DNA of 58,702 nucleotides from Clostridiales bacterium (GTDB taxonomy: Bacteria; Bacillota; Clostridia; Saccharofermentanales; Saccharofermentanaceae). The DNA is taken from positions 1 through 58,702 of the forward strand of contig JAFWDK010000011.1 in assembly GCA_017513085.1 (NCBI GenBank). The letters run 5' to 3'. Below the pieces are notes generated by a model. That model did not search any database, was not told where the DNA came from, and worked only from the letters and a program-made list of their open reading frames with translations. The position numbers and the translations under genes were made by a program. Of this stretch, positions 58,339-58,702 are shown piece by piece (the first letter of the stretch is position 1; each line of letters begins with the position of its first letter).

Positions 58339-58392
58339 ACCTATCTTTGGCTTTGGGTAGAGAATACTGTTGTTTTACACGTCACACATAAA

Positions 58393-58433
58393 AAGGGTGA
58401 GTTTCGGTTTTCCCGAAACTCACCCTTCATTTT
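58393..58433. terminator. Bidirectional terminator
   Basis: 15-bp stem AAGGGTGAGTTTCGG / CCGAAACTCACCCTT between convergent genes. Confidence 0.85.
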
Positions 58434-58485
58434 GATACATTCATTACTTCTATCCAGCATCCTTACTGATTACAGCAAATACACC

Positions 58486-58702
58486 TCAGATCGTTCCTCG
58501 ATCGATACCATACTTCTTACAGATGTTCGTGAACTCCTCACTCTGTCCGAAGAATGCAAGCACGCTCGCTCTTGTCTGGTTACCCTTGGCAATCTCTCCT
58601 GTCCAGTAAGTTACTTCTTCTACTTTCGGTTCGCGGTCCATGAAGGTTCTATAAAGTCTCTTCACATACTCGTCATCCTTCAGTTTGAAGTTAACGAACT
58701 CC
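58486..58702 (-). CDS. C-terminus of a second DUF4214 surface protein (starts beyond the window)
   Basis: Manual translation: EFVNFKLKDDEYVKRLYRTFMDREPKVEEVTYWTGEIAKGNQTRASVLAFFGQSEEFTNICKKYGIDRGTI then stop. Highly similar to the end of 25413-27557. Confidence 0.88.
   Translation of the reverse strand, partial: EFVNFKLKDDEYVKRLYRTFMDREPKVEEVTYWTGEIAKGNQTRASVLAFFGQSEEFTNICKKYGIDRGTI

Overview
Ordinary chromosomal segment of an anaerobic Clostridia-type bacterium. This is inferred from gene content: T-box riboswitches, DUF4214 surface proteins, DUF3793-flavodoxin and a GH39 xylosidase, which suggest a gut or rumen Clostridiales. I saw no rRNA, tRNA, CRISPR array, prophage or IS element. From left to right the window holds: (1) a detox/stress cluster (HIT, VOC, esterase-Nudix fusion, MBL-rubredoxin fusion, AdhR-like MerR operon, Cys-rich MarR plus Pat-like GNAT); (2) TetR with a MacB/FtsX-type ABC transporter; (3) DUF3793-flavodoxin and a DtxR/MntR regulator; (4) carAB with an unexplained attenuator leader; (5) a trp operon split into trpEGDC and trpFBA, each with a Trp T-box, separated by a DUF4214 surface-protein gene; (6) a barnase-like lipoprotein with barstar, aspS, and an ABC exporter pair; (7) iscS-iscU divergent from an Rrf2 gene, then an HMA gene and a frameshifted P1B ATPase; (8) SPFH-RHH, GGDEF, AKR, a double GT4, three tandem Zn-ribbon membrane paralogs, GH39 and thyA. 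The most interesting signal is a ~220-nt ORF-less minus-strand transcription unit at ~42877-43097. It has a near-consensus sigmaA promoter, an intrinsic terminator, several stems and C/U-rich anti-SD motifs. Its +1 region carries a perfect copy of the AGTTAGCATATGCTAACT palindrome that also occurs twice at the DUF3793-flavodoxin promoter. It is a candidate iron-sparing sRNA (RyhB/FsrA analogue) controlled by a DtxR-family repressor, located next to the Fe-S assembly genes. Product calls come from motif recognition only; no database searches were run.
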